Positions 12,790 through 25,713 of a DNA stretch of 64,000 bases are shown here, one piece after another. Both the position numbers and the translations under genes were made by a program. This stretch comes from Selaginella moellendorffii (taxonomy: Eukaryota; Plantae; Lycopodiophyta): assembly GCF_000143415.4 (NCBI RefSeq), contig NW_003314280.1, positions 2,029,549-2,093,548 on the forward strand. The letters are read 5' to 3'. Below the pieces are notes generated by a model. The model saw only the letters and a list, made by a program, of their open reading frames with translations. It searched no databases and was not told the origin of the DNA. How positions within the stretch are numbered: the first letter of the stretch is position 1; each line of letters opens with the position of its first letter.

Positions 12790-15700
12790 GCCGACGGGTT
12801 GATGATGCCCAGCAGCGCAGGGCGTCGAGGAAGAGGGATCCCTGCCGACGATCAGGAAGGGGTCCTTGTGTGAGGACGACGAGGACGACGACGAAGACGA
12901 CGGCCCAGCAGGCGCTCCTGCAGCACTGAAATGCTGCTGAGCTCCAAAAATGAATGGGAGGGCCGCTCCATCGCTGCGTTGGGTGGCCGTGAAGAGGTAA
13001 GCTCCATGGAAGCGATTGTCGAGAGCGCGTCTCCAGCTTTCGTCGCCTTCACCTCCTTCTCCTCCTCCTCCCTCTGCCGATGAAGTCCCAATTTCGTCCC
13101 GTGGTAGCCTTTCTTACATGTATGAATCTTGCTACAAGCTAGCTTTTGCTATATAGCTTCGCGCGCTGCTGGCTCGGAATGACTCCCCGTGTTGCCATGG
13201 ACACAGCTCCTCCATTTCTCGTCCATCTCTCCGCCGTACAGCCCACGGGCACGAGATTATAGACGTCCGAGGCAAATCCATGAATCCGTTTGCTCTATTC
13301 CTGTGCTAGATCGATGCAAATCTGGTGTCGCGTTTTGGATTTCGTTAGAAAACTTAAGAAGATATGTTAGTCCAGAAATTTTTCCAGCGAATTTGATCAG
13401 TCGATGGTGGGAGTCGTCACGCTAGACGCGGAACAAGAATCGCTCGCCTAGATCTCTACCTACGCTAGAACATTGCAGCCATAGCTATTCTACCACAATG
13501 AACTCTACAGTAAAACGGAGGAACGAACAAACGAATGTAGGCATCCATGCCTCTCTTTGCCATACGACCGTGTATGGGGGGGGTCCTGTCTACGTGGCTT
13601 ACATGATTGGATGTGAAATGGATGTGTTGAATGAATGCTTTGGCTGGGATCCAGTGTTTATACGTTTCTTTTACCTTTGTTTTCCTCTCTTTCAATGCTC
13701 GAATTGACTGAAGGATTACATGGACTCGAGTCAAGAAAGGCGGTCTGTCTGTATATAGAAATTTAAGAGCAGCTTAGAGGGTGTCTAATGATCCGACCAC
13801 ATTGGAATCTTATGCCTTGTTTATCAAAAGTTTGGTCGCTGCAAGCAAAGGCTGGTTTTTTCCACGTTTTGTTTAGAGAGGCCAGAGTCTTCCACGCTCC
13901 ACAAGTACGTTATGAGAGGGTCTACATGCACCAACTTCTTTTCTTCCAATGTTCCAAGGAAGGCGACGACTGTTTCTCTCAATCGATTCATTCAATTCTT
14001 TCTCTCGTATCGTTTAGATTGAAATAAGAGTTGTAAAATTCCGGGGTGGGCTCCCGGCCCATATGCGCCGACCACATTGTCGTTACCTGGTGATGGATCA
14101 ACCGCACTTACCAAACTGCCTAAGCTAGCAGTGTGCTCGCATTTAGAGGCCTGATCAAAGGAGCGGGAGGTATTAGCTTTTGGCCAGCTCTTCTTGATGC
14201 TTTCAGAGAAGAAACCAAACACACCAAGGCAAAGCGAAAGTAGACCACGATATCAAGGAAAACGATGTGCCAATATTGTTTGATTTCAAAGCAGAGAACT
14301 GTTTATAGCAACGTTGGAACATGCTCCTTTCAAAGAAGCTTCCATATTCGATACATACAGAGATAGATGATCTATACAGATGAGGAGACTCGTCCTTGTC
14401 CGCCTTACATTACAGCACATCCAGATCGGATGAGAAAACAAACAACAAAAATCAGGTTGTTAAGTTGCACTCCAGCTATAGTTTTTTCTTCTGATATAAA
14501 ACAACCCAGGGATAATCTCTCTCAATCACTTGCCAGAATGACCCTTGTGCCGAATTGTGTCATGGACCACACCACACCAAATGATTCTTTGAGCATGAAA
14601 TGCTGTGGGAGAGAAGGAAGAGAAAACAAAAAAGTCTTGGAATCACACAGCCTTCAGGTTGGAGGGGACCAGCAACGGGACAAGGCGAAAACAAAGGTGG
14701 TGGAGGTTCGGCGGAAAAGTGTTAGAGCTGCGTTGCCCTTTGCATCAAGTGCAATCCAATCCTCTCTCCTTGAATCCCCCCGGACCACTAGAACAAGTCT
14801 CGATTCACGAGAGCAGCGCAAGGACGGCGCAACTTGGGTGTGTAAATTAGTCGACTGAGTGGAGGTCCTCGGCGCCACGTACGGTTTTGTGTTTGTGTCA
14901 GCTTTGGCTTGCTTCCATGCATTGGCGATCATGCATGCCCATGCATAATGCATGGCTGGATCGGATCAATCGCTTTTGTCATCCAATTAATCCGCCAGAT
15001 TTGCTCTTCCAAATCCCGGACTTGATCATTACTGACCATATCAATCATCAAAACACATGCTCCATAGAGTCCCTCGTCCCCCGTTGCGCTGAGTTAGTTC
15101 ATCGCTTTGCGTTTCCAGAGTCCGTGTGGCTTTGCTAAAACCCTCCGGAGGAGCTCTTACGCTCTGTTTCATCACCAGTTCATGATTCGCTTGCAATCGC
15201 AGCAAGTTCAGGCTTTTGTGGCATGCGTTTGTTCCCATCCCAGTGTAGATTTTCGATACAAAGCAGACCTCCCAACTTTTTACATATGACTATTTAAATT
15301 GTGTGTGTGTGAGTCTGTGTCTCAATCTGATCAGATCAGAGCTGAGCCTGGCAGCAGCCAGTGCTGGAGCCTGGACACTGGTATGCTGCTGCTGATCAAG
15401 AAAGAAAATTCATTCTTTCAGAGGCACTGTTTTTGTTGCTGGCTGCTCTCGACTTACTGGGGCATATTTTCTCAATGGATCCTCCCCCGCAGTAAGGACG
15501 ATCAAATCATGACATGCGCGCATTTATGACGCATGAACAGTGATTCAACGTATGGATGGAAGCAAGGACACGGCAAAATGTCCACAGAGATACGGTAACC
15601 GGTAACAAGTGTTCAACAACGTATATAACACCCTGAGACGCAATAAGATTTGCTTTTGCAAGAGAGATGAGAGGCATAAGGTCTAAGTCGCTTTCCCTCG

Positions 15701-17834
15701 AAGAGTTAGCAGACCGGACAATTTACAAAACTGGGATCCTCTCCTCTCGTGTAACTTCCTTGAATTTGTGGTGTGCAAGGGTGTTAGTTGGCTGTCTCTG
15801 TTACGGTACTATACTTTCCTATTGACACTACGGAAGGACTTGTCATATCTCCTCCCCGCTGGAAGTTTCATCAATGTATTCAAGTGATTTCTATCAAGGT
15901 TATACAAGATCATCGGATGATCATGGGTTTTTGAAAGAAGAAGAAGGAAAAAGATTTTATGGTCACCGTGGCGTACTTTGTAAGCGTTCAAGATATCCTC
16001 CAAAAAGAACGATCCTTTATGTCATGTCCAACTTGGCTACATGTATATACTGCATGAATCTAAGGAGCTCTTTGGCTCATAATTCAGACCAGCAACCACA
16101 GCCAGCGACAGAGTCAGCCGGCAACAGCAACACACACGAGTATATGGCCTGTAAATTTCCTGTCAGGAAGGAAAACACAAAAACAAAAAATCAAAAAAAT
16201 AAAAATAAAAATAAAAAAGATGGGGAGACAATGACAATCCCGCATCAGTCGGTATATAATCTCATGTTTTTCTTTCTTCTTACTTTCTAAAGAAGAGCCA
16301 TGCCAGGCCAGCCTTTTGAGCCAGGGGAAGAAATATACACTGTGTCTCTCTTTTTTAATGTAACTCGATCCTGCCTGCTACTTTTGTTTTGGAGTGCAGT
16401 CAGTGAGGAGAGGCTCTGTCTTTTCATACATCAGTGTTGTAGTGCTACAGACAACAGCGCCAAGTGGATCGAGATATATATGTTGGTGTTGTTAAGCTTG
16501 GAGCGCCTTTGTGGCGGTCGTATAATATACCACCACTATACTATACTATATTGGTCGTGCTATACTGACATACTCCAGCCAAGAAGAGCTGACTTCTCCC
16601 CCGATCTTTTGTTTCGTGGTGGTGTTGGTGTTGTTGTTGTTGCTCAAATTGGTTCTTAAGGATCTGGTTCTTATTGTTGTTGTGTAATGCCACTGTCGAT
16701 ATCATGCTGAGAACTTAAAGGAACTCCACTCTCCTCCCATTGTTTTTACTGTTTAGACTTTCTTCTTTGCTTGTCAGACACAGGCAGAGACGCACCATAC
16801 ATTACTTGGAATAAAAATGCAAGAAAAAGGAGAAAAAGTTTTTCACGGTGCTGTTGTGTCGTTGTCCGGTTTGCTCTCGAGATTCCTATTTCCTTTTGTG
16901 CAGTCTTCTGCTGAATTGCAATCGGAGGTAATGCTGTCATCACCTTCACAGCTTTGAGTAAGTAGCCATTGTAAATAACATATAGCTTTCACTGCAGGGA
17001 CAAGCTTCCAAGAACAAAATGCCTACATCACTGGAACATAGAGTTGACCTCTTCCATGTACTAATAATAATAATACCATGACGAGCATTTTGTCTTTGAG
17101 AATTTGTCTTTGAGTAATGGTGCTGCATGCAAGTATGCATATTCACCAAGGCGGTCACGCTCTTGCTGCGAAATCTAATCAAGCTCATGTTGTCTTGAGA
17201 AAATATTGAAACTTCGTCTACTCTTGGGGGGAATTCATGCGGCATATACTCTATACGTATGGTCTCACACGTTCATGCCTCAACCCAAAGATCATGACGG
17301 GTGACGGTGGATGCTAGTGAGGAGCATTATAAAACTTCAGGTTGCCAGAGAAGCAGTAAAGTTTGAAGATAAGGGCGTTACTTGTCCACAGTTTGGGGCA
17401 AGTAGAGTTCTAGAAAGAAATCGAAAGAAAGATGAAAATGCTATTTGACGATGATCTTTAAGGACAAGTGTCGGAAGTGCCAAATGAATTGCGTTTCTGC
17501 TGGGAATTGCAGATGCAATAGCGGGGTCCTGAATCTCGGCCGCCACTCACCAAGGACAAAGATTTCGGCACTCCCCAAGGTCCACGAGGGGGATCGGGCA
17601 GTGGACTTACAAGAGCGCTCCAAGATCCACGGTATCACTTCCGCAGGTGTGTCGCCCTTGATGCCCACGGTAAGGACGTCGAAGTTTGCGAGCGGGATCA
17701 AAACGGTGGGCATGAATTTCGATCTGCCGTACTTCTAAGGCAAGGTCATAATTTTGGAGGTGGTGCTTTTTTCCTCCGGTGTAAACTTAGCTTTTAAAAG
17801 GTAAATCCTTAATCTGCTATTTTTTCTTCAGGCC

Positions 17835-19308
17835 ATGGAGAAGGAGTTGAACGCGCCTGTGCTTTGTGCTGCATGGGCCAAAAACGGGCATATAATCTGC
17901 GGTGGTGGAGGTGGCAATCGACACATTGGAGCCGCCAACTTTCTTGTTGTCTTGAACTTTGACGCTGATTCCCTGCGCCTCAGTGATCCGGTTAGTTTTT
18001 GTACACAAATACTCCGTAATTGATCTCTTGGTTTCTGTCTAGCTCTATACGTTTGACACGGACGATGAAGTTCCCAACATTTTGGCCGTCCATCCCAACG
18101 GAACCGACTTTATGTGCTCCTTCATTGCTAACCGAAGGCAGACCGATTTTTCACGATTATATGTTGTGGTCCTACTGATCTTGTACAGACACGATGGAAA
18201 ATTGGAGATTTTGAGGCTCTTTTGTGACGAAGAGGAAGGGAAGCGTATAGAAATTGCTGCTGATAGGGAACAACTTCAAGCTTTGAAACATGTCAACGAG
18301 CAGTCCGCCTTGAAATTTAGTCGGGATGGGAGCTTTCTCGCAATGGGTGGAAAGGTACCACTTTGCCATCTTTCCTTTCTTGTTTCCAATTGAAGCTGGT
18401 TAGAACGGGCATCTGCAAGTCTTCGAATGGCCTTTGCTAAAGCTTGTTCTTGACAAGCCGCACAAGGCAGACAAAGGGATAAGCGATCTGGATTTCAGGC
18501 AAGCAGTTTGATCATCAACTTTCGATTAAGTTTTCTCTGTTTTCTAAAATGTTAGCTCGGATAACTCTTGTCTGGCGGTGACGGTTGATGGGCGAGCTTG
18601 CGAGCTATGGGATCTCACAAAGAGGTCCCAAATAAGCACGATTCCTCTTCCTGGAGCAACGTTTGGCCGCTTCTCTCTAGCCGATACAAACCTTCTCCAT
18701 TTGGTAGCCCAAGGCAAGTTTTTTTCTCTTTCCATCCGTCTCTTTTCATGTCAATGATCTAACTTCCAGGTCAAATCATCACCTGGAACACCGTAACGTC
18801 TAAGCGTGTCCGAGGGGCCAGAACTTGGGGTGGCAATTCGGCCATTGCTGAGATGCAAAACGGATGCTTGGCAGTGTAAGCTTTCCGTCACCCTTTAAAT
18901 TCCATGGTTACTTACAGCAATGCTTGCGCAGTGGAAGGCCTTCAGGAGCAGTGACGCTTCTAACAGAAGACTTGCAAGGTTTCTGGCAATACAGACCCCA
19001 TAAGAAGCTCGTGTCTTCCGTACAGTTCTCGAGTGACGATAGGTAGCTACGACTGTTTGAGATATAAACTCACTCTGATCTTTGTTCTTGTTCCTAGATT
19101 TTTGCTCTCGGCTAGCAAAGACCACACTGTAAGAATCACTCCTAATGACAGAGGTTGGTTTCACATTGCTTGAATTCTTTGAATTGCAGTTGTCTGAGAT
19201 ACGTGATCTTGTTTGTCTATAGGAATGGTGCCCGACCTTCTAGCTGCAATATTCGCGATTGCAGCCACCGCGGGTATCGGGGCGCTTTGCGTGTACTTAC
19301 ACCAATAA
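17835..19308 (+). CDS. SEC12-like WD40 guanine-nucleotide exchange factor (multi-exon, C-terminal TM helix)
   Basis: N-terminal CGGGGGNRHIGAAN K-loop-like motif, WD-repeat fragments (LKFSRDGSFLAMGG, DLDFS), hydrophobic C-terminus LLAAIFAIAATAGIGALCVYLHQ*, short GT-AG introns. Confidence 0.75.
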
Positions 19309-19465
19309 GAGAGTATATTCCGGTCCGAGGATATTCCCGGCGTGATGCTTGTTAGGGTACACGTGGCCAAAAGGTTTAGCAATGTTCGCTTCGAGGAGGG
19401 AGGCGGAGCGCTGATTTGAGAGGAGAGAGGGCGAGTTCCATGTGAAGCGTGAGTGCTTGCAATCT

Positions 19466-21058
19466 ATGCCTGGACCGCGCATTGTCTCATCGCTGCCTGG
19501 TTTCCCAATCTCTAGCAGTGGCAGTAGTTCATTCCATCCCTCGCATTTCTCCAAGTCTTCCGCGCCAGTGATTTTTTGCCGCAGGCGCAGGCACGGCGCT
19601 AGCTCGAGAGGCAAGAAGAGGAAAGGTACATGCGCTTGCTTGACTGAGCTGCCGGGCGTGAATCCCTCTTCCTTGGTGGCAGCCGCCTCGTCTGGATCCA
19701 TGGAGCCGGCTCCGTCCTTGTATCCCCTCCACCGCTGCAAGATCATCCACCTGGTAAGCTCACATCTTCCATCCAGAGCATCGCGAAAGTTTTGGATTTC
19801 TTTCTTGCAGGTGAGACATGCGCAGGGATTTCACAACGTTGCCGGTGAGGCGGATTATCGTGCGTACGAATCCTACGAGTTTCTCGATGCGAGTCTCACT
19901 CCAATGGGCTGGGATCAAGTAAAGTTCTTGTGGCATAGCTTTTCCAAGATCCTTCTTTTTCTTCTCTCTTTTGCAAAGGTTGCGAGGCTTCGAAAGCATG
20001 TCATGACTTCTGGGATCAAGGAGGCTCTTGGATTGGTGGTTGTCTCTCCGTTGACTCGGTGAGTGGATTTTTTCCTTTGGTTCCCTGGCGTAATATAAGG
20101 TGGTCTTGTACAACTCCGGCGTGGGTATTGATTTTCAGAACCATGCAGACAGCAGTGGGAGTTTTCGGTGGGAGCGATGTGAAAGACGGTGTGAAAGAAG
20201 AGAATCCACCTCTGATGGCCGAGGGAGTCGGGAAGGCTCAACACGCGGCGATTTCCAGCTCGGGCTGTCCAAAGTTCGTAGCAGTCGAGTGGTGTAGGGA
20301 GCATATGGTAATGCATTCCACCGTAAAGTTCCTTTGGTTTTTTCTCACACAATCTTTTCTCTTTCTTTGTCCAGGGCATTCATCCTTGTGACAAGCGTAG
20401 TCCTATCCGGGACTATAAGAATCTGTTCCCCGCAATTGATTTCTCGGAGGTAAGAAGTAGCTTTGTTGACAAGAAGGGGATCCAAACCTTGTTTTGTTCT
20501 CCAGATAGAAACCGACGAGGATACGTGGTGGAAGTGTAGCTCCAGAGAGACTTCCGAGGAGCTCCATGCTCGCGGCAGGAAATTCATAGAGTGGTAATTC
20601 TGTTGCGCCTCCGGAAGTTCTCTCACTCGCGATTTCTTTCAGGATACTAAATCGCGACGAGAAGAGAATAGCCGTCGTCTCGCACAGCAGCTATCTGATC
20701 CACCTCCTCGAGTTGTTCGGCGAAGATTGCTCTCCACTCGTCCAGCAAGAGATTCGCTCGCCGTAAGCTTTGAACTTTTCGTGTTTTCTCTGACTGAATC
20801 CTTTGCACTCGATGTCTAGTTACACCAATTGTGAGCTCCGGACGGTCGTGCTCGCGGATAGAAGGCGAGTATTCTTCTACTTTTGTTTCTATGTTCTCAA
20901 GTTTTCCTCGGTTGTGTAGAGCTACGAGCAAGATTGCGGCGTCTAGTGACTTCCCTGGAGGTGTTCCAGAAGGACCCAGTGCTGGCAGTGATTTGGCGGA
21001 TGTGATCGAAGATACTGGCAAGGAGCTAGAGGATGCTGTTGAAAATGGATCTCTCTGA
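19466..21058 (+). CDS. Phosphoglycerate mutase-like histidine phosphatase, copy 1, with putative plastid transit peptide
   Basis: VRHAQGFHNVAG, LVVVSPLTRTMQTA, GIHPCDKRS and IAVVSHS motifs across exons; Ser-rich N-terminal extension. Confidence 0.9.
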
Positions 21059-21195
21059 GCTCCATCCACATTTCTCTCTTTTATATTTTTTCTCACTCTG
21101 TCGAGAGTACTACTATAATCAAGCCACAAAGATTTGTCCATAATTTGTCCTATGCTTCAGTGTTACATAGCCTGGGTAGGGCTCTTAGGAGGAGA

Positions 21196-22503
21196 ATGGA
21201 GCAAGGGCCGACGCTCCTCCCTCTCCAGCACTGCAAGATCATCCATTTGGTAAGCTCCCATCTCTTCTCGGCTTGCGTTTGAGCTTTGTGTGTGCTACAA
21301 CTACAAGGTGAGACATGCCCAAGGATACCATAACGTTGCTGGAGAGATCGACATGGCCTCCTACAATGACTACGCTCTGCTGGATGCTAGCCTCACACCC
21401 AATGGCTGGAACCAGGTAGATCTTTCTCTTCGTCCCGGCAAGCAAATCTTTTTCTTTCTTGTTGCGTGCTGTTTGAAAGGTTGCACGACTCAGGAAGCAT
21501 GTCGTTGATACTGGTCTCGGCAGTGGCATTGAATTGGTAGTGGTATCTCCTCTTACTCGGTAAGACCAGGACAGCCGTGCCCTTCTTTCAAGCTTTCGAT
21601 CTTGCTGACAGAACTTTGCAAACTGCTGTGGGAGTTTTTGGAGGTGGTGAGTTCGTTGATGGCGAGATTGCACCACCGTTGATGGTGAATGGAGTGGGGA
21701 AGTCTCCTCATCCAGCAGTGTCGAGTGCACGGTGTCCTCCGTTCCTTGCACTGGAACTTTGTCGAGAGCACACAGTTAAGCTATTCTTTCGCGCTCCTCC
21801 TTTTGCATAATTTCTTTTCTTTTCCTCGAGCAGGGAGTGCATCCCTGCGACAAAAGGAATCCCATCAGCCGGTACAAACTCGAGTTTCCAGGAGTAGATT
21901 TTTCCGAGGTCTGACTTGTCTCTCCTGCTTCGCGATCATCTTTGATTTGCTTTGTAGATCGAGACTGACGAAGACGAGTGGTGGAATGCTGATATCAGAG
22001 AGCCTGACGAGGACCTCTGCCAGCGCGGTGTAGAATTTTTAAAGTGGTAAGTGATGCGAGAAAAGCTATAGATCTCTACCTGCAGAACGGAACTTGTTCT
22101 TCTTTGTTGCACAGGCTCCTCCGGCGTGACGAGAAAGAGATCGCTGTTGTCTCTCACAGCGGCTTCTTGACACACATGGTCACCTTGTTTGGCGACGACT
22201 GTGGAGATACTGTCCAGCAAGAAATCCGATCTCGGTATGAGCTCAACTTTATATTGCTTTTTGACTAACGTACAAACTTGACTTTAGATTCGCAAACTGC
22301 GCTCTAAGAACAGTGATCCTGACAGACAAGAAGTAAGTGGAACCACGTTTCCTTGAGATTTCACTTGCTTTTGTCTTGTGGCTAGTGGTTTCACGAAGAA
22401 GCCATCGCAAAGTATCAACTTTCCGGGAGGAGTTCCACCGGGGCCGAGCTCTGGCAGCCACCTCAAGGACAAAATCGAGAGAAGCCTCTCCCAGAAGAAT
22501 TAA
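21196..22503 (+). CDS. Phosphoglycerate mutase-like histidine phosphatase, copy 2 (tandem paralog, no transit peptide)
   Basis: VRHAQGYHNVAG, VVVSPLTRTLQTA, GVHPCDKR and IAVVSHSGFL motifs; same intron positions as copy 1; stop TAA at 22501-22503. Confidence 0.9.
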
Positions 22504-22590
22504 AGTTTCTTCATATAAATCATAAAGAAAAGCACTGCTGGTGCTGATGCAAGTTTTTTCTCTAAAAAACTGGGAATGGTGGAGGATGAT

Positions 22591-23607
22591 TCAGGACGCG
22601 TCCAAGAACTGCCTAGCAAGAGGGTGGCTCGCGTTCTCTAGCTCTCCAGGCGTGACAATCTCCACAATCTGTCCATTCACGAGCAAAAAGACAACGTCGG
22701 CCATCCTCTGGACCTGGTTGATGCTGTGAGAGACGAGCACCAGCGTGAGGCTTTTGTCCTTGCACAGCTTCAGTAGCGAGGCTTCTATATTCTGGGTGGA
22801 CACCGGATCCAAGCTACTCGTTGGCTCGTCCAGCAACAGCACCTATAACGATCAACACCGCATTAGGAAGGACCTCTTCGCCAAGAGCATCACGACTCCT
22901 TACCTCTGGACGATTCGCTAGAGTTCTCGCGAGCGCTACTCGCTGGGACTGGCCGACCGAGAGGCCGTGGACGGGCTTGTCAGCAAACGAGGAATCCAGA
23001 TCGGCTTGCTGGAGTAGAGCAAGCACCTCGCCATCTTCCAGAGTTTTGCCTCGGAGCTTGGGTCCATAGCGAACGTTGTCGCTCACAGTCCCTGGATCAC
23101 AGCTGATGGAACAAGTGAGTGGCCGGAGAGAAACAAATCTAGGTGGCGACTTCCAAGAGAAGAAGGAAAGAACTCCACGAACACGACCGCATTACCTTCG
23201 AAGAGGCAAGGAGTCTGGAAGAGCATTCCCACGCGGCGGCGGAGGGCGATCACGTCGAGCTTGGTCACGTCCTGGCCGTCGAGGAAGATGGTCTGCGCGG
23301 GGGGCTCCCAGAGGCGGTTGAGCGCCCGCAGGAGCGTGGATTTGCCGCTGCCGCTGGGGCCGATGATGCCCACCACGGCGCCGGGGAAGACGTCGAAGGA
23401 GAGGTTAGAGAGGATGGTGTCGCCCGTGTCGGCGCGCCGAGAGAGACGACGCACGCTCAGCTTTGGGTAGGACTTGGTGCTGGGAATGTTGAGGAGATGA
23501 TCCTTGTCTTGCTCTGTCCAATCAGGAAGTAAGAACAAGGAGGGAGGGAAGGAACTGACCTGTGTAATCGTGCGCCATTCTTCTTCTTCTTCTTCCTCCT
23601 CCTCCAA
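22591..23607 (-). CDS. ABCI17: ABC transporter I family ATP-binding subunit, ABCI17/STAR1/NAP3-like (5' end uncertain)
   Basis: Walker A GPSGSGKST, LNRLWEPP, signature LSVGQSQRVALARTLAN, Walker B LLLDEPTSSLD, H-loop LVSHS. NBD only. Confidence 0.88.
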
Positions 23608-23951
23608 TACCTAAAATCAAAATGCGGGTGGTATCTTTGTGAAGGGGAGAAAGTGCTTGACCGGATTGACCTTTTCTGACCACCATTTTGTGTGATCTAG
23701 TATATTGTTGATACGTATCTTCTTATATGCTCCTATCATAAGCTCCTAAACTTGATAGATTTCACTTAGTACGATGTATAGCTCACTTGAGACCAAATTT
23801 GTGTGAGAATGAAAGTTCCAATTCCGCAGTAAAAACTTGCACAAGACCATTGACGTAACCAATTGCAGTAGCAGCAAACCCAGAATTATCAGCACAAGCT
23901 CCATGTTCCAAAACGCTAGTAGCACTAAGTTCACTCGTTCAAGACGAAACT

Positions 23952-24222
23952 TTCTAAAATTTGTCGTGGTCGTCGATGAACAACAAAAACATGTTGTCAG
24001 CCATGTACAACCACACTTTCTATACTTGTGGTGGTCGTCGATGAACAACGAAAGCAGATATTGTGTTCTTGTCAGCCATAAACATTCTAAACTTGTGGTG
24101 GTCGTCGATGAACAACGAAAGCAGATATTGTGTTCTTGTCAGCCATAAACATTCTAAACTTGTGGTGGTCGTCGATGAACAACAAAAACATCTATTGTGT
24201 TCTTGTCAGCCATGTACAACCT
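23952..24222 (+). repeat. Four tandem copies of a ~67-bp unit upstream of the terpene synthase
   Basis: TTGT(G/C)GTGGTCGTCGATGAACAAC starts at 23961, 24026, 24093 and 24160. TATAAA lies at 24252. Confidence 0.9.
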
Positions 24223-24314
24223 CCTCCAAAAACACGGCATGTCACCTTGAGTATAAAGAAGCTGGTCTCGTTTGAGCGGCATATGGTGCTTTGAAGTAAA
24301 TAACGGCTGCCCCC

Positions 24315-25391
24315 ATGAGGAGCTTCAGCAGCTTCCACATCTCCCCAATGAAATGCAAGCCTGCATTGCGAGTCCATCCATTGTGTGACAAGCTCCAGAT
24401 GGAAATGGACCGCTGGTGTGTAGACTTCGCTTCGCCAGAGTCCTCGGACGAGGAGATGAGGTCCTTTGTAGCTCAGAAGCTGCCCTTTCTCTCGTGCATG
24501 CTCTTCCCCACGGTTCTCAACTCAAGGATCCCATGGCTGATCAAGTTCGTATGCTGGTTCACACTGTTCGATTCGCTCGTCGACGACGTCAAGTCCCTGG
24601 GCGCGAATGCCCGAGACGCGTCGGCGTTCGTGGGTAAGTACCTTGAAACCATCCATGGAGCTAAAGGGGCGATGGCGCCGGTGGGAGGCTCGCTCCTCTC
24701 GTGCTTCGCCTTGCTGTGGCAACACTTCCGCGAGGACATGCCGCCGCGGCAGTACTCGCGCCTGGTGCGCCACGTGTTGGGTCTGTTCCAGCAGTCGGCT
24801 TCGCAGTCCCGGCTCCGCCAAGAGGGCGCGGTCCTCACGGCCAGCGAGTTTGTGGCCGGGAAGCGCATGTTTAGCTCGGGGACGACGCTGGTTTTGCTCA
24901 TGGAGTATGGACTGGGGGTGGAGCTCGACGAGGAAGTGCTCGAGCAGTCGGCCATCCGGGAGATTGCGACGACCGCCATCGACCACCTCATCTGCGTCAA
25001 CGACATCCTCTCCTTCCGTGTGGAGTATCTCTCCGGGGACTTCTCCAACCTCCTCTCCTCGATTTGCATGTCCCAGGGCGTCGGATTGCAAGAGGCGGTG
25101 GACCAAACTCTCGAGCTGATGGAGGACTGCAACCGGAGGTTCGTGGAGCTGCACGGCTTGATATCCAGGTCGAGCTACTTCTCCACCGCTGTGGAGGGCT
25201 ACATTGACGGCCTTGGCTACATGATGTCCGGGAACCTTGAGTGGAGCTGGTTGACTGCGCGCTACCATGGTGTGGACTGGGTGGCGCCAAACTTGAAAAT
25301 GCGGCAGGGGGTGATGTACCTTGAAGAACCACCACGTTTTGAGCCAACTATGCCACTAGAAACTTACATTTCTTCTAGTGATTCTTGCTAG
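24315..25391 (+). CDS. MTPSL: Microbial terpene synthase-like protein (MTPSL), intronless
   Basis: Class I alpha-domain-only TPS of 358 aa with aspartate-rich FDSLVDD, NSE motif NDILSFRVE and WSWLTARY (WxxxxxRY). Confidence 0.93.
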   Translation: MRSFSSFHISPMKCKPALRVHPLCDKLQMEMDRWCVDFASPESSDEEMRSFVAQKLPFLSCMLFPTVLNSRIPWLIKFVCWFTLFDSLVDDVKSLGANARDASAFVGKYLETIHGAKGAMAPVGGSLLSCFALLWQHFREDMPPRQYSRLVRHVLGLFQQSASQSRLRQEGAVLTASEFVAGKRMFSSGTTLVLLMEYGLGVELDEEVLEQSAIREIATTAIDHLICVNDILSFRVEYLSGDFSNLLSSICMSQGVGLQEAVDQTLELMEDCNRRFVELHGLISRSSYFSTAVEGYIDGLGYMMSGNLEWSWLTARYHGVDWVAPNLKMRQGVMYLEEPPRFEPTMPLETYISSSDSC

Positions 25392-25713
25392 ACAAGGAAT
25401 GCCATGTATATGCATGCAAGGTTATAAACTGTTTATTGTTTTCTTTACTGGTCCTCTTTCCCCTTCTTGTTCGCCATCTTCATTCTTCTCCCAACAATTC
25501 TTGAACGAGATGATTCTTCTCTCCCTAAGTTTGATTTTGAAGCGTGATTAATAATTAAGAAACTTTGTAAAAGGAGATATATTTCTTGGAAGACCTATAG
25601 GAATCCACATTTCAAAGCCAAAAATCAAATGCTGGCCAGCATAAACTCATTAAATAGATTGCTTAGCATATTTGATTTGATTTGTATTCTATTCCGATTA
25701 AAAATCCGATTTG

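Noticed and set aside
15328-15400. Imperfect hairpin (GCAGCAGCCAGTG...CACTGGTATGCTGC) as a possible miRNA precursor
   Set aside because: The stem is short and bulged, and matches no conserved miRNA I recognise.
17441-17738. Overlapping 90-97 aa ORFs upstream of the SEC12-like gene
   Set aside because: No recognisable motif or supporting exon structure.
19466-25391. Terpene biosynthetic gene cluster (phosphatases, ABC protein and TPS)
   Set aside because: No P450 or prenyltransferase is present. ABCI17 and PGM-like genes are conserved housekeeping types, and proximity is expected at this gene density.
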